A stretch of DNA of 64,000 nucleotides from Planctomycetota bacterium (GTDB taxonomy: Bacteria; Planctomycetota; UBA8108; SXIK01). The position numbers and the translations under genes are program-made. Below the pieces are notes generated by a model. The model had not been told where the DNA came from and did no database searches. It worked only from the letters and a program-made list of their open reading frames with translations. Shown here in pieces: positions 29,621-39,590 of the stretch; positions within the stretch are counted from its first letter, which is position 1, and the number at the start of each line of letters is the position of its first letter. The stretch spans positions 7,264,001 to 7,328,000 of the forward strand of contig OZ244999.1 of the NCBI GenBank assembly GCA_965223265.1, in the 5' to 3' direction.

Positions 29621-30024
29621 CTCCCAAGGAAGACTGGTCCGTTCGGAATGCGGCTCCGTCTGACGACGAGGCTGCGGACGTCGTGGCCGTCTCGCCGGGG
29701 CACTCAGCTTTCCTTCGGCCCTGGCGGTCTGACGACTGACGAACGCAATGCTCAGCGTGCAAGTCGGCCGGGAGGCGTCTCCGATCGCGTGAGAATCGAG
29801 CCAGAAATGTGTTTCGACACCTGGCACTCAAACGCGGTGCATGTTGAGACACGAACACCTGCGACTATTTTAGCGCAGTTTTGCTGGCATGCGCTGCATC
29901 GTCATGTTTTTCTCTCATCGCATTCGGTGCACTTGAGCTCGTGTCCCATGTCAACGAATCAGTCGTCCAGCCGTCGAAAGAGGGAACGGATCACTGTCTC
30001 GGGACCGTCAAAGTCGGACGAAAA

Positions 30025-32082
30025 ATGAACGCCAAGCCAAAGACATTCTACATCACAACCGCGATCGACTATCCGAACAGCAGCCCACACATGGGTCACG
30101 CTTATGAGAAGGTCGTCGCAGATTTCTACGCTCGCGCTTACCGCTCATGCGGCTACGACACGCGGTTTTTGATTGGCCTCGACGAGCACGGCCAGAAGAT
30201 TCAAGCGGCGGCAGAAGCTGCCGGAAAAGCGCCCCAGGAATTCGTCGACGAGAAAGCGGTTGTCTTCCGAGATCTATACCGTCTGCTCAACATATCCAAC
30301 GACGACTTCATCCGCACCTCCGAACGCCGCCACCGCAGCTTCTGCCAAGAACTCTTCCAACGCGTCGACGCCAAAGGTGACATCTACAAGGGCCACTACG
30401 AAGGCGAGTACTGCATTTCGTGCGAGCGGTACTATACCGAATCGGAGCTGAATGACGGGCTTTGTCCGGTTCACGAGCAGCCGGTCACGACGGTCAAGGA
30501 AGAGTCGTATTTCTTCAAACTCGGTAAGTTTCGTGAACAACTGCTCCATCACCTGACGTCAAACCCCAACTTCGTTCAGCCGCAAGAGAGGCGCAACGAA
30601 GTTGTGGCGAGGCTCAAGGATGACGTGCGGGACCTCTCCATCTCCCGTTCGACGTTTGATTGGGGAGTCACACTGCCGACAGATCCGTCGCACGTGCTCT
30701 ATGTTTGGTTCGACGCGCTGTCGAACTACATCTCCGCGCTCACCGCACCGAACGACGTATTCGATCGTTACTGGCCGGCCGACTGCCATGTGATCGGCAA
30801 AGACATCAACTGGTTTCACTCGGTGATTTGGCCGTCGATGCTGCTCTCGGCTGGATATCCCTTGCCGAGACAGGTTTATGTCCACGGTTTCATTCTGGAC
30901 AAGGATGGCCGAAAGATGGCGAAACAGCTCGGCAACGTCGTCGATCCGCTTGAGGTCGTCGAGGAGTATTCCGTCGACGTGCTGCGCTTCTATTTCCTAC
31001 GCTGCTTCGCGAGTGGCCACGACGGAAAGTTCTCTATCGACGAACTCAGAGATCGATACAACTCCGAGCTCGCGAATGAGCTCGGCAACCTGGTCCTGCG
31101 AATCGTCAAACTGGTGACGACAAGACTTGGCGGCGAGATCGAGACCTCGGGGCGACCGCTCGAGCTCGACGACACGGCCATGATCGAACAATTCATGACG
31201 CACGTTGACGCTCGGGAGCATCACCGCGCGGTCGACGTCCTGTGGAACTATATCAAGCGGACGAACGCCTATTTGAATGAGCAAGAGCCGTGGAAGCTTA
31301 AAGACGAAAAGCCACTGACGCGAGTTCTCGCGACAGGACTTGAAGCCCTGCGCACGATCTGCGAGCTTCTCGTGCCGGTGATGCCCAACTCGGCGACGCA
31401 GATCGCGGCGGCCATCGGTGCGGAGGTTCGCGGCCTCGAGGACCGACAAACACAGCCAGCGAAGTACCGCGTGACGCTCGGGGAACCGTTGTTTCCACGT
31501 CGCGATGACAAGGCCGACAAGACCGACGCAGGGAGCGCGCCAAAGAAGGCCAAGAGCGACGCCAAGAAAGAGGCAAAGAAGAAGGGCGGCGGTGCGCCGC
31601 CGGCGACGGATCCTTTCGGCAAGCTCGAGCTGCGCGTTGGCGTGATCAAAGACGTGCGCCCTCACCCCGACGCGGATGCACTCTACGCACTGCGGGTCGA
31701 CCTCGGGGAGGAAACCGAACGCTCGATTTGCGCCGGTCTCCGCGAGTATGTCTCGCAGGAAGAACTCGAGGATCGACGCGTACTCGTCGTCGCCAACCTA
31801 AAGCCCGCAAAGCTCCGAGGCATCGAGAGTCGCGGTATGATCCTTGCGGCGGACACTCCGGACGGTCGCGTGGTTCCGGTAAACCCAGGCGAGGCTCCGG
31901 TCGGAGACCTGATCAGTGTCGAGGCAATCGAAACACGCCCGAAAAAGAAGCTCTCGAAGAGTGATTTCGAGAAAGCTCCTCTCCTTGTGAAGGACGGACG
32001 CGTCATCTACGGCGACCAAGTGCTGCGCTCGAGTACCGGATACATCACCTGCGAGGCTGAAGACGGGTCGACGGTACGCTAG
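30025..32082 (+). CDS. metG: Methionyl-tRNA synthetase with C-terminal tRNA-binding domain
   Basis: FYITTAIDYPN..PHMGHAY, GLDEHGQKI, CISC...CPVH knuckle, YVWFDALSNY, IGKDI..FH, KMAKQ; C-terminal LRVG..HPDADAL..NLKPAKLRGIESRGM. Confidence 0.96.
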   Translation: MNAKPKTFYITTAIDYPNSSPHMGHAYEKVVADFYARAYRSCGYDTRFLIGLDEHGQKIQAAAEAAGKAPQEFVDEKAVVFRDLYRLLNISNDDFIRTSERRHRSFCQELFQRVDAKGDIYKGHYEGEYCISCERYYTESELNDGLCPVHEQPVTTVKEESYFFKLGKFREQLLHHLTSNPNFVQPQERRNEVVARLKDDVRDLSISRSTFDWGVTLPTDPSHVLYVWFDALSNYISALTAPNDVFDRYWPADCHVIGKDINWFHSVIWPSMLLSAGYPLPRQVYVHGFILDKDGRKMAKQLGNVVDPLEVVEEYSVDVLRFYFLRCFASGHDGKFSIDELRDRYNSELANELGNLVLRIVKLVTTRLGGEIETSGRPLELDDTAMIEQFMTHVDAREHHRAVDVLWNYIKRTNAYLNEQEPWKLKDEKPLTRVLATGLEALRTICELLVPVMPNSATQIAAAIGAEVRGLEDRQTQPAKYRVTLGEPLFPRRDDKADKTDAGSAPKKAKSDAKKEAKKKGGGAPPATDPFGKLELRVGVIKDVRPHPDADALYALRVDLGEETERSICAGLREYVSQEELEDRRVLVVANLKPAKLRGIESRGMILAADTPDGRVVPVNPGEAPVGDLISVEAIETRPKKKLSKSDFEKAPLLVKDGRVIYGDQVLRSSTGYITCEAEDGSTVR

Positions 32083-32219
32083 TCGCCCCCCGTAGCGCGC
32101 GCCGATGGCGACTGAGACGATTTAGGTATTCGCCGCGACACGGCCGCTTGCCGATCTGAGTACAAGGCGTGCCCTTCGAGAAGGGTGCCTTTCGTCCCCT
32201 TGGCAGAATAGCTCGAGCC

Positions 32220-34217
32220 GTGAAGAAGTACGTATTCAACGTCTATCTCGGTGGCCAGCTCGTCCACTTCAATATTCCGATCCGCGGCACTGTCTCTCTC
32301 GGCCGGAGTCAGTCGAACGCGATTCTGCTGCCGGATGCGACGATTGGCCTCCAGCATTTGTCGCTCGAGGTGTGCGTCTGCGAGACGAAACAGCGGATCG
32401 TCGTACGAGATCACGGCGGGCCAGGCGGGACATTCGTCAATGATGAACCGATCGAGGAACGAGAAGTCGCGGCCGGCGATCTCATCAAGGCCGGGCCTTA
32501 CGTCATTGAGATCTGCGAACTCTACAAGAACCACGTTCCCCAGTTGCGCGACGACCCCTCCCAAACCGTCGTGTTTGCGGGAGATCCGTTCAGTGACCAG
32601 GGCAGCGCGGCGGCGAGGCTCCAGGCGCTTCACGACCTCTCCATGAGCCTGCCTGACCTGCCGACTCCAGTTCTTCTCGAACGGGCGGCTCTGACGGTGC
32701 AGCGAGGACTGAAGTATAGCCACCTCTGCGTATTGCTGAACGGTCAGGAAGAACTCCTCTCGTGCACAACGTGGAACGCAAAAGGCCCGTGCAATCGAGA
32801 CGAGATGCCAGTGAGTCGCACGCTCATCAGCCGCTGCCTTGCCACCGGCAACGCCGTTATCTCCGAGAACGTCCGTCTCGATCGGCGCTTCTCGAAATCG
32901 CAGAGCCTCCGACTTCAAGGAGTCGCTTCGGCGCTCTGCGTACCGCTACGCGCGCACGAGCAACAACTCGGACTCATCTATTGCACGCGCCGCGAGCCGG
33001 GCAACCCGTTCAATCACGAGGACCTTCAATACCTTATGGTCGTCGCGAGTCAGATCGCCGTTTGTCTAGGCCACCAGCGCACGATCAACCGCCTGAAATC
33101 GAGTGCGAGGACACTCTCGTCGATTCTCGACCATCTACGTCACGGCATACTCGTCTGCGATGCGGACTTCAACGTACTATGCGCCAACAGCCCCGCCCGC
33201 GAGATCTTAGGCCACAGACGCATCATTGGCTTACCGGTGAGCTCTGTTCTGTCAGACTATCAACACAACTTCGACGAAGTTCGAATGTCAGGCGCCACGG
33301 AATTCCAAGTCTGTCTACCGTCCGAGGAAGAACAAGCTCAACGGTTTATCGCCGCGATTCACCCGCTGCCTGATCAGTACCACGCCGACTGGAGCTGCCT
33401 GATCACGTTCCACGATGACTCCGAACGTCGCGAAGCTGAGCACGCAAAGATCGCGTTCGTCAACCAGTTGGCACACAAGCTACGAACGCCTCTAACGGTG
33501 TTTCTCGGCGTTCTCTCGCTCTTAGAGGAGCAGCTCGGTGTTACGTCGAACAAGGAAATCGACTGGTTGCTGCGGACCGGAGGCGACAGCTGCGACGAGA
33601 TGACCCGAATCATCGAGCGATTCATGTCGTTTGCTTCCATCAACCTCCATGATGGACTCGAACCACGCGACGAATTCTATCTCGATTTACAGACTCTCGT
33701 CGATCAGGCGATCGATCATGCGCGCAACCTCCCAAGCGTCCAAGACCTTCGAATCTCAGTAGATCTCTGCAACTCAGCGTACGAAGTTCGGATCGACAAC
33801 GAACAGATCGTTCAGTGCTTTACGCAGATCATCGAAAACGCCGGCAAGTTCGCAGGCAAAGGCGCGCACCTGGTCGTCACCTCCGCTCTGGGTGAGTCCG
33901 GCGAGTTGCAAGTGCGATTCGCAGATGATGGCGTCGGCATCCCCACGGAGGAACAGGAGCTCGTGTTTGCTCCTTTTCATCAGATCGACCCGGACAACAC
34001 GGGTCAGATTCCGGGGATGGGATTAGGTCTCTGGTGGGCGCGCGAGGTGCTCCGCGCACACGGCGGTGACGTCGAGCTCAGGAGCGCAGCCGACGGCGAG
34101 AGCGCTGAGAATCCTGGCACAGAGATTTTCATCACCATCCCGGCCAGACGTGTCGTCGACTCGGTCGTCGAGCGGCAGTCAAACGACGACACCATTCACG
34201 AGCTTAGTGACACCTAG
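32220..34217 (+). CDS. FHA-GAF-PAS sensor histidine kinase
   Basis: FHA-like LGRS...H..GTFVN; GAF SALCVPL..LGLIY; PAS-like GILVCD..NSPAREILG; H-box AHKLRTPL, N-box ENAGKF, DDGVGIP, GMGLGL. Confidence 0.88.
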   Translation: MKKYVFNVYLGGQLVHFNIPIRGTVSLGRSQSNAILLPDATIGLQHLSLEVCVCETKQRIVVRDHGGPGGTFVNDEPIEEREVAAGDLIKAGPYVIEICELYKNHVPQLRDDPSQTVVFAGDPFSDQGSAAARLQALHDLSMSLPDLPTPVLLERAALTVQRGLKYSHLCVLLNGQEELLSCTTWNAKGPCNRDEMPVSRTLISRCLATGNAVISENVRLDRRFSKSQSLRLQGVASALCVPLRAHEQQLGLIYCTRREPGNPFNHEDLQYLMVVASQIAVCLGHQRTINRLKSSARTLSSILDHLRHGILVCDADFNVLCANSPAREILGHRRIIGLPVSSVLSDYQHNFDEVRMSGATEFQVCLPSEEEQAQRFIAAIHPLPDQYHADWSCLITFHDDSERREAEHAKIAFVNQLAHKLRTPLTVFLGVLSLLEEQLGVTSNKEIDWLLRTGGDSCDEMTRIIERFMSFASINLHDGLEPRDEFYLDLQTLVDQAIDHARNLPSVQDLRISVDLCNSAYEVRIDNEQIVQCFTQIIENAGKFAGKGAHLVVTSALGESGELQVRFADDGVGIPTEEQELVFAPFHQIDPDNTGQIPGMGLGLWWAREVLRAHGGDVELRSAADGESAENPGTEIFITIPARRVVDSVVERQSNDDTIHELSDT

Positions 34218-35820
34218 TCGACAACCATGCGTCAATAAGTGACGGCGCCGCGCCGACCCGCTCGTAGAGCACAAATGGCTCGGACACGGCACGAAGCTCG
34301 GGTCCAACAACGCGCCCGGCCCCACCGCCGTCGTCGCCAACACCTGTCCACTCCCCCGACGGGAAGAAGAGCAGCGGTTCACGCGCAATCCCATTTGCCG
34401 TCGGGAACAGGAGCGGCCCGAAGACCCACGCATCGGCGGCCTGCCAGGCGCGACGATCCGTTGGCGCGTCAAAGAACACCGGCCGCAGCTGCGGCCTGAG
34501 GCGGGACGCTGCGGCAGCCCGATCCGGTTGGCGCTCAAACTGAGCCGCCGCTTTGACGAAGCAAAACCAACCAGCCAGCGCCTGAAACTCGTGCGGCGTT
34601 AGAGAATGGAGATCTCTCTCTCCATCCGCGTCGACCTCAAAACACAGCGTCGGTCGTGCCAGCGCCAACGACCTGAACGACTCAGCTCCCACGACGCCGG
34701 GCAGGGCAGTCAGAGGCAGAACGACACAGACTCGCCGGCCGGCAAGCGCGCCGCGAAACGTTCGCACGCGTGCCCGGTCAAGATGGGCAGTTTTTCGGAG
34801 GACGACTTCGTCAACCTCGGGCGTTGGTAGACTCCAATCGCCGCCGCCGCGAACGTTCTGTGGCGCGAGCTCCCGCACGCCGCGATCGCGAATCTCGAGC
34901 AGAATCTTCGGTTCGGCGCCAAATCCGCGCAGCTGCGCACTGATACGCCGCGCGACGCTACTGGCGCGGCGCTCGTCGTCTCCACGCACAAGCAATCGCC
35001 CCGCGTCGACTCCGTCAGACAATGCTTCACCATCATCATCTCTTGGCTGCGCCGAGAAACGACGACCACTCAAGCGGCGCCAAGTTCGCCGCGGAGGACC
35101 TTGGCAGAGGCGAATTTCCATGACTGCGCCGCGGCTCTCAACCCGAAACGCCCCTGAGTCAGGCGCGAACACCGCAACGCCACTCTCGCCCTGCGCGCTG
35201 AACGCATATCCAGCGGACGAAAACACCAAGGAGACATCGCGGAAACGCGCTGCATCTGGCCGTTCGTCGCCCGAGAAAAGCGCCGCGTCCACTCCATAGA
35301 GAATCTCGTCGCGCTGGGGCACCCAGTCGCATCTCAGCCCACGCGTTACCGCCGCCGCGGCAAAACGTACCGACAACGTCTTATCGGCCTCACTCCACAC
35401 GGTCTCGACGGACACGCGGTGGGAGCCGCCACCGCTGACGGTGAAATCGTGCCGCGAGGCTGCCGTCCGGCCGCTCGCCTCGGCCGCCACGACCAGAGTG
35501 CTAAGATCTACCCACGGTCCATCCTCGCGAAGTTCAAGCGCGCTGCGATCCCGGACCGCACGCATGGCGAGAATCGGCCGACCCGACGCGAGAACCGACA
35601 GCCTAAAGGGAGCCCGCTCAAGGTAGATCAGGTACGGGCCGAGGCGCCGACGCGTGATGTCGTCGAGACCAGACCTCGGACTCTCATCGGAAGCGGCGTC
35701 GAGCACCCAAAATGGCAAGAAAACGCTGAGAATCGCGCCAAAGATCGAGAAGCCTCTAAAAAGCAGCAGTTCAACGACTAAAGTTATGGGAACTCGCGTT
35801 CGACGCACCCCCGATAACAT
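34204..35820 (-). CDS. Hypothetical exported protein with degenerate GH31-like N- and C-terminal segments
   Basis: PFRLSV and EILYG near the N-terminus and LRPVFFDAP.D..AW....W.FG..L...FFPSGEW at the C-terminus resemble GH31; no recognisable catalytic motif; start uncertain. Confidence 0.5.
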   Translation of the reverse strand: MLSGVRRTRVPITLVVELLLFRGFSIFGAILSVFLPFWVLDAASDESPRSGLDDITRRRLGPYLIYLERAPFRLSVLASGRPILAMRAVRDRSALELREDGPWVDLSTLVVAAEASGRTAASRHDFTVSGGGSHRVSVETVWSEADKTLSVRFAAAAVTRGLRCDWVPQRDEILYGVDAALFSGDERPDAARFRDVSLVFSSAGYAFSAQGESGVAVFAPDSGAFRVESRGAVMEIRLCQGPPRRTWRRLSGRRFSAQPRDDDGEALSDGVDAGRLLVRGDDERRASSVARRISAQLRGFGAEPKILLEIRDRGVRELAPQNVRGGGDWSLPTPEVDEVVLRKTAHLDRARVRTFRGALAGRRVCVVLPLTALPGVVGAESFRSLALARPTLCFEVDADGERDLHSLTPHEFQALAGWFCFVKAAAQFERQPDRAAAASRLRPQLRPVFFDAPTDRRAWQAADAWVFGPLLFPTANGIAREPLLFFPSGEWTGVGDDGGGAGRVVGPELRAVSEPFVLYERVGAAPSLIDAWLSTRCH

Positions 35821-35893
35821 TCGTAAACTCCACTGCCATGGGTGTTTTCGTGTCTTGGCGGGGCTCTTTTTGGCTGGTAAACAACACCGCCTT

Positions 35894-35902
35894 TGGTACA
35901 CT
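35894..35902 (+). promoter_or_regulatory. Candidate extended -10 promoter upstream of shc
   Basis: TGgTACACT in the relatively AT-rich divergent intergenic region, about 410 bp before the shc start. Confidence 0.35.
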
Positions 35903-36310
35903 CGTGCGGTCAAGTGCGGCCCGGTCTTCACGACGAAACTAACAGACGGAGTCTTCCGGAGGAAGAGATTCCGGGGCCGCGGAGAGGTCTGATCGCGGTG
36001 GTTCATCCGAGCAGAAGGATCGGTTCCTGTTAGTATCATGTCCGCCTGCGCCGGCCACGAGGCGTTAACGCACAACGCACGCCAACCGCGGTTTTCCGCA
36101 GCGATTCGACGCCGTGCAGAGGCGACCACAACGATGTGAGGGCTACACAACTGAGGCACGCCAACATGGCTTGTGGGCGCTGGCGCTGCCCGACTCCCCA
36201 CGCCGCGGCCCACATTCGTTGACTACGTTCCTACAAGTGCGATCGTGGTTGCACTTGGCGGATTTCGGTTTCACCCGCACAGTTTTTCCCTGAGCTTCCG
36301 AGACGAAAAC

Positions 36311-38692
36311 GTGCAGCTGACAGAACTCGCGGGCGCGGACGACGCGTCCGGATCGACCCTGCCGCCGAAAACAAGACTCGACGCTGCCATACAAGCAACG
36401 CGGGGTTTCCTACGCTCGATCTTTCGGCGCGGTGACGATTATCAACCCGAGGACGTGCTTTGGAGCCGCAAGACCGTCCGCGCGCGCGACGAAGACCGAG
36501 ACGACGAGACGCGGCTGGGCTACTGGATTGGCGAACTCGAGGCGGACACAACTCTCGAGTCGGACTATATCCTCTTTCTCTACTTTCTCGATAAAGAGGC
36601 CTACCGCGACAAGATTCGCAAGCTCGCCAACTTCATTCGAACGCAGCAACTTGAAGACGGTTCGTGGAACATCTTCCACAACGGCCCGCCGGAGATCAGC
36701 GCGTCGGTCAAGGCGTACTTCGCGCTGAAACTCGCGGGCTACGCCGTCGATGAACCGTTCATGAAGAAGGCCCGTGACGCAATTCTTCGCATGGGTGGCG
36801 CAGAAAACGTCAACAACTACACGAAAATCTATCTTTCGTTTCTCAATCAGTTCAACTGGAAAGAGATCCCTGCAATCCCACCGGAGATCATCCTTCTGCC
36901 GCGCTTCTTCTACTTCAACGTCTACGAGATTTCGTATTGGTCACGCGCGATTTTGATCCCGCTGTCGATCCTCTACGCGAAGAAGCCCAATCACAAGCAG
37001 ACCCCGGAAGTCACCATTGAAGAGATCTTCGCCGGCTCGAACGGCAACAACGGTCGCACCGACGAGGCGAGCGATCGTGTTGCCGCTGATCATATCGGCG
37101 CGCCGGCAGCCGACGCCGAGGCGTCAATGGCCGTGGCGAGGGATGCGGACAGCTCTCAGGCGGAGCAGGGACACCCGGCGATCGGATCGAACGGCGCGAG
37201 TTTCAACGACGCCATCGATTCGAGTTCTGCGACCAACGGCGGCCTGAAGATCCCGAAGGACCCCAATCTTCTTTCGTGGCGTAACTTTTTCGTTCTCGTC
37301 GACAGGATCCTGCGCCTGATCGAAAAGACACCGCTCAAACCCCTGCGCGGCATCGCGCTCAAGAAGGCAGAAGCGTGGGTCATATCGCGCTCAGAGGACT
37401 CCGACGGACTCGGCGCGATCTTTCCCTCGATGGTGAACAGCGTCATGGCCATGCGCTGCCTCGGTCATGACGAGAGTCATCCATGCTTCGCAACCAATCT
37501 GAAGAAGCTTCAGGAGCTGGAAATTGAAGACGGTGACTGCATTCGGCTCCAGCCTTGCCTGTCGCCGGTATGGGACACGGGGCTCGTCATCAACGCGCTT
37601 GTGGAAGCGGGCGCAGCGCCCGACGAGCCGGAGATCATCGAGGGCGCGCGCTGGCTGCTCACCAAAGAAGTTCGCAAGCCTGGCGATTGGAATCAGCGCG
37701 TTCGCGGGGTTGAGACCAGCGGTTGGCCTTTTCAATTCCGCAACGAGTTTTACCCTGACGTCGATGACACCGCCGCCGTCCTGCTGGCTCTCGAACGATG
37801 CGACCACACGAAGGTTCCCGGCCTCGAAGACTCCATCACGCGGGGGCTGAACTGGACGTTGAATATGCAGTGCAGCAACGGCGGCTGGGCCGCTTTCGAC
37901 GTGGACATCGACCATGCGCTCCTCACGCACGTGCCGTACGCCGATCACAACGCCATGCTCGATCCCGCTTGCGCCGATATCACCGGAAGAGTTCTCGAGA
38001 TGCTCGGCCGCTTTCCAGACTTGAGATCCAACCCCGTATACCGAGACGCCATCGCGCGCGGCGTCAAGTATCTCGTCGACTCCCAGCTTGCCGACGGCTC
38101 ATGGTTTGGCCGCTGGGGCGTCAACTATATCTACGGCACGTGGCAGGCGGTGAAGGGGCTGATGGCGGTCGGAGAAAACCCTCAAGCGCCGCACGTCCGC
38201 AAAGCTGTCGCCTGGCTAGTCGAACACCAAAACAGTGACGGCGGGTGGGGCGAAACTTGCGACTCCTACCGTGATGTCAAACTCAGCGGCCGTGGCACGA
38301 GCACGGTGTCGCAGACGTCCTGGGCAGTGATGGCCCTGGTGGCAACAGGCAGCGCTGACTCGCCCGCAGTCGAGCAAGGCGTTGATTTTCTCCTCCGTCG
38401 TCAGAAAAGCGATGGAACTTGGGACGAGGACGAATTCACGGGGACCGGATTCCCAGACGTGTTCTATCTGCGCTACCACCTCTACCGCGTGACGTTTCCG
38501 CTCTTCGCTTTGGGATACTACCGCAACGTCAAGTATTCCCAGAAGCCCATCGCAGCTCCAGCGAAGACGATCCCGCTCGCCAGAGCCAAGCCGAGGGGCT
38601 TGGATCTTCTTTCCCTACGCTCACTGCGGGGGAACCTCTTCCGCGGCGGCTCGAAACCTGAGACGGACGGCCAGTCAGTCACTAGCAGCTGA
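36311..38692 (+). CDS. shc: Squalene-hopene cyclase
   Basis: GYWIGELEAD, QW repeats (QLEDGSW, QCSNGGW, QLADGSW, QNSDGGWGE, QKSDGTW), QPCLSPVWDT, catalytic YPDVDDTA, GTGFP..FYLRYHLY. Confidence 0.96.
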   Translation: MQLTELAGADDASGSTLPPKTRLDAAIQATRGFLRSIFRRGDDYQPEDVLWSRKTVRARDEDRDDETRLGYWIGELEADTTLESDYILFLYFLDKEAYRDKIRKLANFIRTQQLEDGSWNIFHNGPPEISASVKAYFALKLAGYAVDEPFMKKARDAILRMGGAENVNNYTKIYLSFLNQFNWKEIPAIPPEIILLPRFFYFNVYEISYWSRAILIPLSILYAKKPNHKQTPEVTIEEIFAGSNGNNGRTDEASDRVAADHIGAPAADAEASMAVARDADSSQAEQGHPAIGSNGASFNDAIDSSSATNGGLKIPKDPNLLSWRNFFVLVDRILRLIEKTPLKPLRGIALKKAEAWVISRSEDSDGLGAIFPSMVNSVMAMRCLGHDESHPCFATNLKKLQELEIEDGDCIRLQPCLSPVWDTGLVINALVEAGAAPDEPEIIEGARWLLTKEVRKPGDWNQRVRGVETSGWPFQFRNEFYPDVDDTAAVLLALERCDHTKVPGLEDSITRGLNWTLNMQCSNGGWAAFDVDIDHALLTHVPYADHNAMLDPACADITGRVLEMLGRFPDLRSNPVYRDAIARGVKYLVDSQLADGSWFGRWGVNYIYGTWQAVKGLMAVGENPQAPHVRKAVAWLVEHQNSDGGWGETCDSYRDVKLSGRGTSTVSQTSWAVMALVATGSADSPAVEQGVDFLLRRQKSDGTWDEDEFTGTGFPDVFYLRYHLYRVTFPLFALGYYRNVKYSQKPIAAPAKTIPLARAKPRGLDLLSLRSLRGNLFRGGSKPETDGQSVTSS

Positions 38693-38695
38693 ACC

Positions 38696-39490
38696 ATGAC
38701 CCGGGAGCGCGCCAAGCAGAAGGTCGACTGCGCGATCTTCGTGGCGCTGCGCGAAGAGATGCGACCGCTGACGCCGCTGCTAAAAAAGCGTCAGGCCTGC
38801 CGTGCAAGCGACGGCAGGCGTTTCACGTGCGGCACCGTGGGACCACACACGGTCTCCCTCTGTCGCACTGGAATCGGCAGCGAACTGGCAGAAGCGCGCG
38901 CGCTCAGTCTCATTGAGACCGTCACGCCCAGGCGCGTCTTGGCCCTCGGATTCGCCGGTGGACTCCAGCCCCACCTACGTCCCGGACACCTGGTGCTCGC
39001 TGAGAAGGTATCGAATGCGGCAGGATTTGACAGCGACGTCCCAAGGGCGCCGCACGGCTGGGGGCCACCGCGGTACGTTCGTGAGCGACCCATAGCCATC
39101 CCAACCATGACCGTCGTGTGGGGCCATCTCATCAGCGTCGATCGAGTGCTCCGCGGACAGAAGGAGAAACGCGCGGCCGGCGCCGCATTGGCCGCCGACG
39201 CCGTCGACATGGAGTCGGCCGCGATCGCCGCGGTCGCCGCAGCCAACTCTATCCCGACGCTTTGCGCGCGCGCAATTCTCGATCCGTGCGACTTGGAACT
39301 GCCGTTCGACTTTGGTCAAATCGTCACCCCGGATGGCCAGACACGGCCGTTCAAAGCTCTCTTGACACTTGGCACTCGCCCCAGCACCTGGCCGTCGCTC
39401 GCGGCGTTGAGATCCGCCGCAGGTCAAGCGGCAACCGCCTTGGCGCAGGCACTTCCCGCGCTGCTGGACCTCCTGGAGCCGGAGTCGTGA
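38696..39490 (+). CDS. hpnG: Hopanoid-associated nucleoside phosphorylase (HpnG-like, PNP/UDP family)
   Basis: VALREE, TGIG, GFAGGL, AVDMESAAIA, RAILD; starts 3 bp after the shc stop. Confidence 0.72.
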   Translation: MTRERAKQKVDCAIFVALREEMRPLTPLLKKRQACRASDGRRFTCGTVGPHTVSLCRTGIGSELAEARALSLIETVTPRRVLALGFAGGLQPHLRPGHLVLAEKVSNAAGFDSDVPRAPHGWGPPRYVRERPIAIPTMTVVWGHLISVDRVLRGQKEKRAAGAALAADAVDMESAAIAAVAAANSIPTLCARAILDPCDLELPFDFGQIVTPDGQTRPFKALLTLGTRPSTWPSLAALRSAAGQAATALAQALPALLDLLEPES

Positions 39491-39590
39491 GCGACCGTAG
39501 GTGTTAGCAACCAATCAATGCCGCGGCGTCGGCATCGGCGCCGAACCAGGCGCATGTCGGCCCGCGAGCGGGTCTAGCTCCCCTGCAGTA

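Noticed and set aside
29621-30024. T-box or SAM riboswitch upstream of metG
   Set aside because: No T-box GGTGGNACCGCG or SAM-I core sequence is visible.
36311-38692. Oxidosqualene (sterol) cyclase
   Set aside because: The active-site motif is DVDDTA (SHC type), not the DCTAE type, and no squalene epoxidase is seen in the window.
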